Below are positions 1 to 9,426 of a stretch of 64,000 nt of DNA, in pieces. Made by a program: the position numbers and the translations under genes. Each line of letters begins with the position of its first letter. The first letter of the stretch is position 1. The notes beneath the pieces are model-generated. The model did no database searches. It had not been told where the DNA came from and saw only the letters and a program-made list of their open reading frames with translations. Source of the stretch: Nitrospirota bacterium (GTDB lineage Bacteria > Nitrospirota > UBA9217). The stretch lies in assembly GCA_963663225.1 (NCBI GenBank), contig OY760142.1:1920001-1984000 (forward strand), given 5' to 3'.

Positions 1-322
1 TCAACAGATAGGCAAGTTTTTTCTCAAGCTTGATCCTGATCGTATCGCCTTCATTGATATGGCGAAGCGCTATGGTCACCGGCTTGTACCTGTCTTTGCT
101 TACTTCCAGGATTTCTCTGCTTGCCCGCGCGGATTCTGTCGCCACATCCACGGCAATCACGGCAGGCGAACTGAATTTCTGCTCTTTCTGGTCGGAACCC
201 AAAACGACCCTGATGACCGAGTCCGGCGGGTCTGCAATGACTTTGAAGTGTTTTGTTACTGTGCTCGGAGAACAGGCTGCGGCAAAAAGGCATATCCAGA
301 AAAAAACAAGATATTTTTTCAT
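1..322 (-). CDS. Putative lipoprotein, runs off the window edge (3' end missing)
   Basis: Manual translation from ATG at 322: MKKYLVFFWICLFAAAC-SPSTVTKH..., basic N-terminus, hydrophobic stretch, lipobox-like AAAC; AGGAGG RBS at ~330-336; frame open to the window start. Confidence 0.7.
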   Translation of the reverse strand, partial: MKKYLVFFWICLFAAACSPSTVTKHFKVIADPPDSVIRVVLGSDQKEQKFSSPAVIAVDVATESARASREILEVSKDRYKPVTIALRHINEGDTIRIKLEKKLAYLL

Positions 323-490
323 GTAGTTTCCTCCTGCAGATCCGGTTAATTACCCATAATAACACATTCATTGCCGGCTGCTGCAAAATTTTTGTTTCTT
401 TTTTCCAGCGGCCTTTTCCCCGGGCGATTGAGAAAAACCATGCTCCCGTATTCTCACATAAAAAATCATTTTCTATGCAGACAAATTGGC

Positions 491-519
491 TTGAATATGC
501 TTTAATAGATAACTATAAT
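491..519 (+). promoter_or_regulatory. Sigma70-type promoter for the dksA-like gene
   Basis: TTGAAT-N17-TATAAT upstream of AGGAGG RBS. Confidence 0.6.
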
Positions 520-560
520 ATTCTTGGTGATGCTCACTTCCATTCAGGAGGAGAAGACAG

Positions 561-1157
561 ATGGCGGTAAAGTCGTCAAAGAAAGCAACAAAGAAAAAAG
601 CTGTCAAGGCTGGACGCTCCAGTGCGTCGAAAAAACCGGTTAAAAAGACAAGCATAAAACCGCTGCGGAAGGCCGCGGCAAAAAAAACAGCAGTGAAACC
701 GGCGCGCAAAAGCGGCAGACCATCCTCACCGAAGGCAGCACCGCAGACGCGAGTATCCGCCGCCACGCAGAAGCGGCATGAATTGCTTAAAAAGTTGTTG
801 TTTAAAAAAAGAAATGAAGTGGTGGCAGGCCTGGAAAGCCAGATGGGACGCAAACTGTCCCGGGAAACCGGACAGAAGATTGACTCGGCCATGGACAGTG
901 CCGACCAGTCTGCTCTGGACATGGACCAGGGCATCGACTACTCCCTCCTGGAAATGAAATACGAGCAATACAAGGACATCGCCGACGCTTTCCGGAAGCT
1001 TCAGAATAAATCCTACGGTCTGTGCGAGGAGTGTGGCCAGGAAATTGATATTAAACGGCTTGAGGTCAACCCGCTGGCCAGATACTGCATTGACTGCAAG
1101 ACACGCAAGGAGGAGATGGAGCGCATCCAGAAAGAGGAAACCCGCTTTAAGGAATAA
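561..1157 (+). CDS. dksA: TraR/DksA-family transcription factor with Lys/Ala-rich N-terminal extension
   Basis: C4 zinc finger YGLCEECG...RLEVNPLARYCIDC; coiled-coil tip DSADQS; strong RBS. Confidence 0.85.
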   Translation: MAVKSSKKATKKKAVKAGRSSASKKPVKKTSIKPLRKAAAKKTAVKPARKSGRPSSPKAAPQTRVSAATQKRHELLKKLLFKKRNEVVAGLESQMGRKLSRETGQKIDSAMDSADQSALDMDQGIDYSLLEMKYEQYKDIADAFRKLQNKSYGLCEECGQEIDIKRLEVNPLARYCIDCKTRKEEMERIQKEETRFKE

Positions 1158-1211
1158 AATATATCAGGGCGGGTTTAACATGTCCGCGGCATTCGAGCAA
1201 GCATGTTTTTC

Positions 1212-1240
1212 TTGACAAAAGGGCCGTGATACAGTATCGT
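1212..1240 (+). promoter_or_regulatory. Sigma70-type promoter for tRNA-tilS
   Basis: TTGACA-N17-TATCGT about 20 nt before the tRNA. Confidence 0.6.
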
Positions 1241-1261
1241 ATGCCTCTGATTTTTTCTCGG

Positions 1262-1337
1262 GGCGGTGTAGCTCAGCTGGTAGAGCAGGGGAATCATAAT
1301 CCCTGTGTCCGGGGTTCGAGTCCCTGCACCGCCACCA
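1262..1337 (+). tRNA. tRNA with CAT anticodon, most likely elongator tRNA-Met
   Basis: 76-nt cloverleaf: acceptor GGCGGTG/CACCGCC, D-arm GCTC/GAGC, anticodon loop ATCATAA, T-loop TTCGAGT, encoded CCA. Confidence 0.95.
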
Positions 1338-1371
1338 TTCTTCCCCTCGCAGAACCATTTTCCCCTGTCGT

Positions 1372-2787
1372 ATGCTTACAACAAAAGTCAAACAAACGAT
1401 CCAACGCTTCAGCATGCTGAAGCCCGGAGACCGCGTTGTCGTTGCCGTCTCAGGAGGGCCTGATTCGGTCTGTCTCCTGAACGCATTGTGGTCGCTATCG
1501 AAGGAATTCGCTCTTACCCTGCATATCGCACACCTTGATCATATGTTCCGCGGCCGGGAATCAGCCGACGAGGCTTTGTTTGTTGCCGGACTTGCAAAGA
1601 AACTTGGTGTTCCTGCAGTCGTTGAAAAGATTGATGTTCCTGCGTTTTGCCGGGAGCGCGGGCTGTCGTCGCAGGAAGGGGCGCGAACGGTGCGGTACGA
1701 TTTTTTGCAGAACGTCGCAAAAACAGCCGACGCAACCCGCATTGCCACGGGCCATACTGCAGACGACCAGGCTGAAACGTTTCTTATGCGGCTGCTGCGC
1801 GGCGCCGGTGTTTCCGGGCTCTCGGCAATCCCTCCAGTGAGGGATAATATAATCCGTCCCCTAATTGACGTCACCCGCGGCGAAGTGATGGCATACATAC
1901 GAGAACACGGCCTTGAATTCGCGACCGATCCTTCCAATGCACAGTCTGTGTATATGCGGAACCGGATCAGGCGGGACCTGCTGCCCCTGCTCAGGCAGTT
2001 TAATCCCCGGGTTGTGGAAACTCTTTCAACGGAAGCGGAGCTGCTTCGGGACGAAAACGAAGCCATGGAAGCATGTCTTGCGGAGCGCTCAGGAGGCATT
2101 CTGCGGCAGGAGCCATACGGTGTTGTTCTTGAGAGGGACTCGTTTAACGCATTGCCGCAGGCCTTTAAACGCAGACTTTTTTTGCAAACAGTACAAATGG
2201 TCGACGAGGATATCTCCGGGTTGACCCGGCAGAACGGGGGGCTGTCGTCTGTGCAGATTGATGAAGCCGTCGCCTTCATGGAGACAGCCCGGAGCGGCAG
2301 GGTCCTGCAACTTCCCAGCAATGTCAGGCTTGAGCGGGAATATGAAGCATTTATCCTGTCCCGGGGAACCGACGCGCAGGTTTTTTCCCGCATCCTTACG
2401 TTGCCGGGAGTCACCCGGATTCCGGAGCTTGGGCTGCAGGCCGAAACCGCAATTGCCGAATCACCGGATGAAGATTTTACGCTCAAAAATTATCTCTGGC
2501 AGGCAGAGTTTGATTATGATAAAATACAGAAACCTTTGGTTCTCAGGTCCAGACTGAGCGGAGACCGATTTTATCCGTCAGGCATGGGCGGCAGAAGTAA
2601 AAAACTCCAGGATTATTTTACAGATGAAAAGGTTCCGCGCCGAAAGCGGAACATGGTACCCCTCCTCGTATCGGGAGAGGATATCGTATGGGTGGTGGGT
2701 TTTAGGACGGACGCACGGTTCCTGCCGGGAGCAGGTGCAAAGCGAAAGGCGCTGGTCGGTATTCATTCGATGAGCAGGAAACGGTAA
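1372..2787 (+). CDS. tilS: tRNA(Ile)-lysidine synthetase
   Basis: PP-loop VAVSGGPDS, GHTADDQAET, IIRPL, DPSN...RNRIR, C-terminal SKKLQDYF domain. Confidence 0.95.
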   Translation: MLTTKVKQTIQRFSMLKPGDRVVVAVSGGPDSVCLLNALWSLSKEFALTLHIAHLDHMFRGRESADEALFVAGLAKKLGVPAVVEKIDVPAFCRERGLSSQEGARTVRYDFLQNVAKTADATRIATGHTADDQAETFLMRLLRGAGVSGLSAIPPVRDNIIRPLIDVTRGEVMAYIREHGLEFATDPSNAQSVYMRNRIRRDLLPLLRQFNPRVVETLSTEAELLRDENEAMEACLAERSGGILRQEPYGVVLERDSFNALPQAFKRRLFLQTVQMVDEDISGLTRQNGGLSSVQIDEAVAFMETARSGRVLQLPSNVRLEREYEAFILSRGTDAQVFSRILTLPGVTRIPELGLQAETAIAESPDEDFTLKNYLWQAEFDYDKIQKPLVLRSRLSGDRFYPSGMGGRSKKLQDYFTDEKVPRRKRNMVPLLVSGEDIVWVVGFRTDARFLPGAGAKRKALVGIHSMSRKR

Positions 2788-2837
2788 GAGCGGCGTCCTG
2801 CATGCCCGTTTCGAACGTTTTTTATGGGGAGGATTGT

Positions 2838-3371
2838 ATGGTTGGCATCGATTTTGGCAAACCGCTGTTCACACGGGAAGAAATTCAGCGAAAAAACCAG
2901 GAAATAGGATCACGGATATCCGCGGACTACGCTGACAAGGATTTGCTTGTCGTCGGCGTGCTGAAGGGGGCGCTGTTTTTCATGTCTGATTTGCTCCGGT
3001 CGCTCAGGATATCGGTCAGGATGGATTTTATCCACTGCACCAGCTCATCCAAAGGCGCGGATGGAAACCCGGTCCGGATGCTGTGCGATATGAAGGAAGA
3101 CATCGCGGGCAAGCATGTCCTGCTTGTGGAGGATATTATGGACTCCGGGGTCACGCTTAATTATCTGAAACAGATGCTTTTGGAGCGGAAGCCGGAATCG
3201 CTTAAAGTATGCGTGCTGCTGGACAAGGCTGAACGCCGTTCGGTTCCCATCGAAGCAGACTATGTAGGCTTTCGTATTCCGAACAAGTATGTTGTCGGTT
3301 ATGGGCTTGATTATAAAGACCGCTACCGCAATCTTCCCTATATAGCGGTGCTTCCGATGGATGAACGGTAA
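2838..3371 (+). CDS. hpt: Hypoxanthine phosphoribosyltransferase
   Basis: VLKGA, PRPP motif VLLVEDIMDSGVTL, VVGYGLDY..YRNLP; start chosen at ATG 2838 after GGAGG. Confidence 0.9.
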   Translation: MVGIDFGKPLFTREEIQRKNQEIGSRISADYADKDLLVVGVLKGALFFMSDLLRSLRISVRMDFIHCTSSSKGADGNPVRMLCDMKEDIAGKHVLLVEDIMDSGVTLNYLKQMLLERKPESLKVCVLLDKAERRSVPIEADYVGFRIPNKYVVGYGLDYKDRYRNLPYIAVLPMDER

Positions 3372-3392
3372 GAGAAAAAACCAGATAAACTG

Positions 3393-3421
3393 TTGTCACA
3401 AATCCGTGAATATGTTACTAT
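3393..3421 (+). promoter_or_regulatory. Putative sigma70 promoter for ftsH
   Basis: TTGTCA-N17-TACTAT. Confidence 0.45.
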
Positions 3422-3534
3422 TATCTTTCTAGAAGTATCGGGCCGCAGTTGAAAACGCTGAGTTTCCGGCAGCTTGGACGCTCCGATCCCCGGTTTTCAA
3501 ATGGCCCTATTGCTGGTATGGGAGGTTTTCATCA

Positions 3535-5331
3535 GTGGGTGCATCGTATAAGAATATTGCCTTGGTTCTCTTGCTGGTCTTGCTGTCGGTGTTTATCTTT
3601 AATTTTGCCACGACGATCAACCAGTCTTCGCAGGTTATCCGTTTCAGCGAGGCCATGGACAAGATTGCCACTGGCGAGGTAAACGACGTAACGATCAAAG
3701 GGCTGGAAATGTACGGAACGCTAAAGAACGGCAAAACGTTCATGACCAATCTTCCGGAATATCCCGACCTTGTGAAAGACTTGCGTGCCAAGGGCGTGAC
3801 GATTAAAGCCGAGCCGATGAAGGAATCGGCATGGACCAGTTTTTTGGTTGTGTGGGGGCCGTTAATCCTCATGGCCCTGTGGTTCTTTTTTATCATGCGA
3901 AACATGCAAATGGGTGGAAACAAAGCGCTTTCCTTCGGGAAGAGCAAGGCAAAGCTGCTGAATGAGAGCGCGAAGAAGGTCACCTTCAGTGAAGTCGCAG
4001 GCATGGATGAGGCAAAGGTTGAAGTCCAGGAAATCATAGAAATTCTGAAAGACCCGCAGAAATTTCAAAAACTCGGCGGCAAAATCCCGAAAGGCGTGCT
4101 TTTGGTCGGCCCTCCCGGCACGGGCAAGACACTGCTTGCGCGCGCCATTGCCGGTGAAGCCGGGGTGCCGTTTCTTTCGATCAGCGGTTCCGATTTTGTT
4201 GAAATGTTTGTCGGTGTCGGTGCTTCGCGTGTGCGCGATCTTTTCGAGCAGGGAAAGAAGAATGCACCCTGCATAATCTTTATCGACGAAATTGATGCCG
4301 TCGGCAGGCACCGCGGTGCAGGTCTAGGCGGCGGACATGACGAGCGTGAGCAGACTCTGAACCAGCTTCTTGTCGAAATGGACGGTTTTGAAAGCAACGA
4401 CGGCGTCATTCTGGTTGCTGCCACGAACCGCCCCGATGTGCTCGATCCGGCGCTTCTCAGACCGGGCAGGTTTGACCGCCAGGTGGTGATTCCTCGCCCC
4501 GATTTGAACGGCAGAATCGGCGTGCTCAAGGTGCATACGCAGAAAATCAAACTTGCTCCGGACGTTGATCTTGAGGCCATCGCCCGCGGAACCCCCGGAC
4601 TGTCCGGTGCGGAACTGGCCAATCTGGTGAATGAAGCGGCGCTTCTTGCCGGAAGGCTGTCGAAAACGCAGGTGGAGAACGACGATTTCGACCGGGCAAA
4701 AGATAAGATTCTCATGGGTCTCGAACGCAGGACCATGATAATCAGCGATGAAGAAAAGAAAAATACGGCCTATCATGAAGCGGGACATACCATGGTCGCA
4801 AAGCTTATTCCCGGCACTGATCCCGTGCATAAAGTGTCCATTATCCCGCGCGGCATGGCATTGGGTGTTACGCTCCAACTTCCCACGGCCGACCGCTACT
4901 CCTATGATCGTGAACACCTGCTGAATAATATCGCCATCCTTCTGGGCGGCAGGGCTGCGGAAGAGATTGCGCTCCAGCATATGACCACCGGCGCCGGCAA
5001 TGATCTCGACCGCGCGACGATACTGGCCCGCAAAATGGTCTGCGAGTGGGGTATGAGCGATACGTTGGGGCCTTTGTCGTACGGCAAGAAGGAAGAGCAT
5101 ATTTTCCTGGGTCGCGAGATAGCGCAGCACCGTGATTACAGCGAGCAGACCGCCATAGAAATTGACCGGGAAGTCAAGCGCATCGTCATGGAAAATTACG
5201 AGCGGGCAAAGTCTCTGATCCAGGAGCGCGTAGAAGTCTTGCACAACCTTACCAAGGCATTGCTTGAAAAAGAGACGCTCGATGCGGCTGATATCGATGC
5301 GATAATCAATGCGCAGCCTGCGGCTGTGTAG
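3535..5331 (+). CDS. ftsH: ATP-dependent zinc metalloprotease FtsH
   Basis: Two N-terminal TM helices, [26 protein letters not shown] zinc motif. Confidence 0.97.
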   Translation: MGASYKNIALVLLLVLLSVFIFNFATTINQSSQVIRFSEAMDKIATGEVNDVTIKGLEMYGTLKNGKTFMTNLPEYPDLVKDLRAKGVTIKAEPMKESAWTSFLVVWGPLILMALWFFFIMRNMQMGGNKALSFGKSKAKLLNESAKKVTFSEVAGMDEAKVEVQEIIEILKDPQKFQKLGGKIPKGVLLVGPPGTGKTLLARAIAGEAGVPFLSISGSDFVEMFVGVGASRVRDLFEQGKKNAPCIIFIDEIDAVGRHRGAGLGGGHDEREQTLNQLLVEMDGFESNDGVILVAATNRPDVLDPALLRPGRFDRQVVIPRPDLNGRIGVLKVHTQKIKLAPDVDLEAIARGTPGLSGAELANLVNEAALLAGRLSKTQVENDDFDRAKDKILMGLERRTMIISDEEKKNTAYHEAGHTMVAKLIPGTDPVHKVSIIPRGMALGVTLQLPTADRYSYDREHLLNNIAILLGGRAAEEIALQHMTTGAGNDLDRATILARKMVCEWGMSDTLGPLSYGKKEEHIFLGREIAQHRDYSEQTAIEIDREVKRIVMENYERAKSLIQERVEVLHNLTKALLEKETLDAADIDAIINAQPAAV

Positions 5332-5342
5332 GGGAGTCTTGG

Positions 5343-6518
5343 ATGGAGCCTGTCCTCCGGATTTCCAGCCGCGGGTCGCTTACCATTACGGTGAGCGGCC
5401 TGACATCCGAACAGGTCATACTTCTGTATAAAACAGTCCGATCATCAACCAGCGGGGCGGGGTTTGAACCCGTCCCGTCCTGTTTTCCGGAATGTTCAGC
5501 CGATTGCCGTCCGTCTGCAACAGAGCAGGCCTTCCTGTCCGGCACAATCCACGAACTAAAGCGCGGGGCAAAAATTATCGACTCCTTCGGAGGTCATTTC
5601 TCCGACCTTGGCAAAAGAATAGTTACGCTGCTTGACAATTACCTCCGTTCGGATTATACGATCAACTGCAGAGGAACGGTTCTTAATCTCGGCAGCCGCA
5701 CACACATCATGGGGATACTGAATGTGACTCCGGACTCCTTTTCCGACGGAGGGCTGTATGCCGACATCGACAGTGCGCTGGCACATGCGCGTGAGTTGGC
5801 GGCTGCCGGAGCCGATATCATTGATATCGGAGGAGAGTCCACCCGGCCTGGTGCCGATTCCGTATCGGAAGAGGTGGAACTTTCCAGGGTCGTTCCGGTC
5901 ATTCAGCAGCTGTCTGCGGAGCTGCCGGTCCCGCTTTCCATCGATACGTACAAATCCGCGGTGGCGCGGAAAGCGCTTGAGGCAGGAGCTTCCATCGTAA
6001 ATGACATCAGCGGCCTTCGTTTTTCACCCGACATGGCAAAAGTGGCGGCTGATTATGGCGTTCCGGTAATTATTCAGCACATAAAAGGCACTCCGCGCGC
6101 CATGCAACAAGCTCCCGTCTACGGGGACGTAGTGGCTGATGTCATGGCTTATCTTGAAGAAGGAATTAAAATGGCCGAACATGCCGGTGTCGGCAGCGGG
6201 CAGATACTTATCGATCCCGGAATCGGGTTCGGAAAGACGCTTGAACATAATCTGACGCTGTTAAACCGGCTTGATGAGTTCCGCGGCCTGGGAAAACCCA
6301 TCGTGCTCGGAACGTCAAGAAAAAAATTTATCGGTGCCGTTCTGGATATTCCCGTGCCGGAACAGCGGGTTGACGGGACCGCTGCAACGGTGGCGCTGGG
6401 AATTGAGCGCGGGGCCCATATCGTACGGATCCATGATGTAGCGCGCATGGTGCAGGTGGCGCGCATGACGGATGCTGTCGTGAAGGCGGCGCATGCCGGC
6501 TTCGCCACCGGACATTAA
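5343..6518 (+). CDS. folP: Dihydropteroate synthase with ~115-aa N-terminal extension
   Basis: MGILNVTPDSFSDGG, DIGGESTRPG, DPGIGFGK, SRK, RIHDV. Confidence 0.93.
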   Translation: MEPVLRISSRGSLTITVSGLTSEQVILLYKTVRSSTSGAGFEPVPSCFPECSADCRPSATEQAFLSGTIHELKRGAKIIDSFGGHFSDLGKRIVTLLDNYLRSDYTINCRGTVLNLGSRTHIMGILNVTPDSFSDGGLYADIDSALAHARELAAAGADIIDIGGESTRPGADSVSEEVELSRVVPVIQQLSAELPVPLSIDTYKSAVARKALEAGASIVNDISGLRFSPDMAKVAADYGVPVIIQHIKGTPRAMQQAPVYGDVVADVMAYLEEGIKMAEHAGVGSGQILIDPGIGFGKTLEHNLTLLNRLDEFRGLGKPIVLGTSRKKFIGAVLDIPVPEQRVDGTAATVALGIERGAHIVRIHDVARMVQVARMTDAVVKAAHAGFATGH

Positions 6519-6527
6519 CTAAAACGC

Positions 6528-7313
6528 ATGATCAATATCGCCGACATACGAGAAGCCCTGACGCACTACCGCTGGTTCAACGACACGCTGGATATCATTT
6601 GCGTTTATTATCTTTTTTACCGCCTTTTTCTCGTTATCAAGGGAACGCGCGCTTTTCAGATGCTCATCGGAATCGGGCTCATCATGCTCGTCCTGGTTGC
6701 TTCGGCGCTGCTTGAGTTCTATACGCTCGACTGGCTCATTCACAGCTTTTGGTCCCAGATTGTGCTTGCGGTCGTAATTCTGTTCGCACCGGAAATCAGG
6801 AATACGCTGGTCAGGGTAGGCCGGCGACATCTGGTCCGCTCGCTGTCCGTTGTGGAGAGCTCAAAGTTCATCGAAGAGACGGTCAAGGCGGCGGTTTCCA
6901 TGGCAAACAAGCGGATCGGTGCCCTTATCGTGCTCGAACGGGACGCGGACCTTTCGACTATTGTTGAAATGGGGACGGAACTCGATGCAAAAGTTTCGAA
7001 AGAAGTCCTCGTCAGCATTTTCCTTCCCTATTCCCCGATCCACGACGGAGCTGCCATTATCCGGAATGGAAGAATCGTAGCAGCCGGTTGTTTTCTGCCC
7101 CTCACACTTTCCTCGAACCTGTCGAAGACCCTTGGCACGCGACACCGCGCGGCAGTCGGCCTCACGGAGGAGAGTGATGCCGTCGTGGTTGTTGTCTCCG
7201 AGGAAACGGGAGAAATATCGGTGGTGAAAAACGGAGCGATTGAGCATAATGCAGATGTTCTCACGCTCAGGAAAACAATATCTGATATTTTCGTCAAGAA
7301 AAAAGTCCGGTGA
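6528..7313 (+). CDS. cdaA: Diadenylate cyclase CdaA (DacA)
   Basis: Three N-terminal TM helices, HDGA and GTRHRAA motifs. Confidence 0.95.
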   Translation: MINIADIREALTHYRWFNDTLDIICVYYLFYRLFLVIKGTRAFQMLIGIGLIMLVLVASALLEFYTLDWLIHSFWSQIVLAVVILFAPEIRNTLVRVGRRHLVRSLSVVESSKFIEETVKAAVSMANKRIGALIVLERDADLSTIVEMGTELDAKVSKEVLVSIFLPYSPIHDGAAIIRNGRIVAAGCFLPLTLSSNLSKTLGTRHRAAVGLTEESDAVVVVVSEETGEISVVKNGAIEHNADVLTLRKTISDIFVKKKVR

Positions 7314-7320
7314 CCAGACC

Positions 7321-7977
7321 ATGAACCTTCGGAACATTCTGTATGACAATTGGCATATCAAACTGCTGTCGCTCTTCCTGGCGGTGGCGCTTTGGTTTTA
7401 CGTCACCTCAAAAGGAAAAACGGAAATAACGCTTGCGGTTCCCCTGGAACTGAGGAATACCCCTCAGAATATGGCGGTCGTGGGGAATGTAACAGGCTAC
7501 ATTGACGTGCGCTTGCTGGGGCAGGAACGGTCTCTCCGGGACATTACCACCGGCAAGAAAGTGAGCGGCGTGCTCGACTTGTCTATGGCGAAAGCCGGGG
7601 AAAATACCGTCCGCATATCGCCGGACGATATCAGACGGCCGTCAGGAGTGGCGGTTACCTATATTACACCCTCAGATGTCAAAGTGAAGCTTGAGCCGCT
7701 CATGCGGAAGGTCTTCAGGCTCCGGCCGATTCTGCACGGGGCTCCGGCGCCCGGATATTATATCACGGGCCTGAAGGTGGAACCCGCGCAGATAACGGTC
7801 GAGGGACCGGTCAGCGCGCTGTCGCCGTTTAACAGGCTTCAAACCATGCCCATCGATATTCAGGACGCGAAAGAAAGCCTCGTTGTGGATCCTAAAATCG
7901 ATTACCAGGGGCAATCACTCAGAATTGTCGAGCAACGTATCGCTGTCGTCATCACCATTGAAAGGATAAAAAAATGA
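7321..7977 (+). CDS. cdaR: YbbR/CdaR-like regulator of CdaA
   Basis: N-terminal [15 protein letters not shown] anchor, YbbR-type beta repeats, position between cdaA and glmM. Confidence 0.85.
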   Translation: MNLRNILYDNWHIKLLSLFLAVALWFYVTSKGKTEITLAVPLELRNTPQNMAVVGNVTGYIDVRLLGQERSLRDITTGKKVSGVLDLSMAKAGENTVRISPDDIRRPSGVAVTYITPSDVKVKLEPLMRKVFRLRPILHGAPAPGYYITGLKVEPAQITVEGPVSALSPFNRLQTMPIDIQDAKESLVVDPKIDYQGQSLRIVEQRIAVVITIERIKK

Positions 7978-9323
7978 GAACGCTTTTCGGAACTGATGGA
8001 GTTCGGGGTGTGGCAAATAAAGAACCCATGACGTCGGAAATGGCCATGCGGATCGGAAGGGCCGCCGCACATGTGTTTCGGGATTCTCCCCGCAGGCACA
8101 GCATCGTTATCGGAAAGGACACAAGACTCTCCGGATACATGATCGAAAGCGGACTGACTGCCGGCCTTTGCTCCATGGGCATGGACGTGCTGCTTGTGGG
8201 GCCGGTCCCCACGCCGGGTATCGCATTTCTCACCCGCAGCCTGCGGGCCGATGCAGGAGTGGTCATTTCAGCGTCACACAATCCCTATGAGGACAACGGC
8301 ATCAAGTTCTTCGGCCGTGACGGTTTCAAGCTGCCCGACGGAATTGAAAAAAAGATGGAGGACCTGATTTTTTCCGGCGCGATCGATTCCATCCGGCCTA
8401 CTGCCGCCGAGATCGGAAAAGCCTACCGGATCGACGATGCCATCGGCAGATACAATGAATTTGTAAAATCATCCATTCCTCGCGGAATGGACCTGTCCGG
8501 GCTCCGGGTGGTCGTTGACTCCGCTAACGGCGCCGCATACAAGATCGCCCCGCGCATTCTCTTTGAACTCGGAGCGGACGTCATTTCGCTGTATGATAAA
8601 CCCAACGGCATTAACATTAATCAAGGCTGCGGTTCTCTCTACCCCGAAGTCGTGTGCCGCACCGTGGTGGCAAGCCAGGCCCAGATCGGCATAGCTTTTG
8701 ACGGCGACGCGGACCGGGTCATTCTCAGCAACGAACAGGGCACCGTGGTTGACGGCGACGCCATCATGGCAATCTGCGCCATGCAAATGATGCAGGAAGG
8801 CAGGCTGAAGCAAAAAACTCTTGTCGCCACGGTCATGAGCAACCTCGGTCTGGAGCTGGCCATGAAGAAGGTGGGCGGCAAACTGGTGCGCGCCGCAGTC
8901 GGCGACCGGTATGTTATGGAAAAAATGCTGGAGGGCGGATATAATCTGGGAGGGGAACAGTCAGGACATATTATTTTCCTGGATAATAACACCACGGGGG
9001 ACGGCCTCATTTCGGCGCTGCAGGTACTGGCGATCATGAAGCAGACCGGCAAGCCACTGTCCGAACTGGCAGCCTGCATGAAAAACTATCCGCAGACGCT
9101 TGTCAATGTGAAAGTCAAAGAGCGCAAGGATCTTACATCGATCCCGGAAATTGCAAAACGGATGTCTGAGATCGAGAAAAAACTTGACGGCACCGGCCGC
9201 CTCCTTGTGCGGTACTCAGGCACCGAGCCCAAAGTCCGTGTCATGCTCGAAGGCGAGGACCAGCAGGAGATAAAAGCTTTTGCCGAGGACTTGGCCGAAC
9301 TCATCAGACAAAAACTGGGATAA
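7974..9323 (+). CDS. glmM: Phosphoglucosamine mutase
   Basis: [36 protein letters not shown]. Confidence 0.97.
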   Translation: MRTLFGTDGVRGVANKEPMTSEMAMRIGRAAAHVFRDSPRRHSIVIGKDTRLSGYMIESGLTAGLCSMGMDVLLVGPVPTPGIAFLTRSLRADAGVVISASHNPYEDNGIKFFGRDGFKLPDGIEKKMEDLIFSGAIDSIRPTAAEIGKAYRIDDAIGRYNEFVKSSIPRGMDLSGLRVVVDSANGAAYKIAPRILFELGADVISLYDKPNGININQGCGSLYPEVVCRTVVASQAQIGIAFDGDADRVILSNEQGTVVDGDAIMAICAMQMMQEGRLKQKTLVATVMSNLGLELAMKKVGGKLVRAAVGDRYVMEKMLEGGYNLGGEQSGHIIFLDNNTTGDGLISALQVLAIMKQTGKPLSELAACMKNYPQTLVNVKVKERKDLTSIPEIAKRMSEIEKKLDGTGRLLVRYSGTEPKVRVMLEGEDQQEIKAFAEDLAELIRQKLG

Positions 9324-9426
9324 CAAGTGAACGAAATCATGACGCATATTGCTGCGTTGATGCCGCAGCACGTCATCACCACGTGTTGATGTTTCTCTGC
9401 ATCGCCTGTTCAAACTCCCGCTGCCC

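Noticed and set aside
1262-1337. tRNA as an integration site for an island
   Set aside because: No duplicated 3' end or integrase seen; flanked by core genes
1539-5244. Long minus-strand ORFs (1539-2486, 4324-5244) and similar ones opposite clpB, moeA and tolQ
   Set aside because: All lie antisense to conserved genes and have non-protein-like composition
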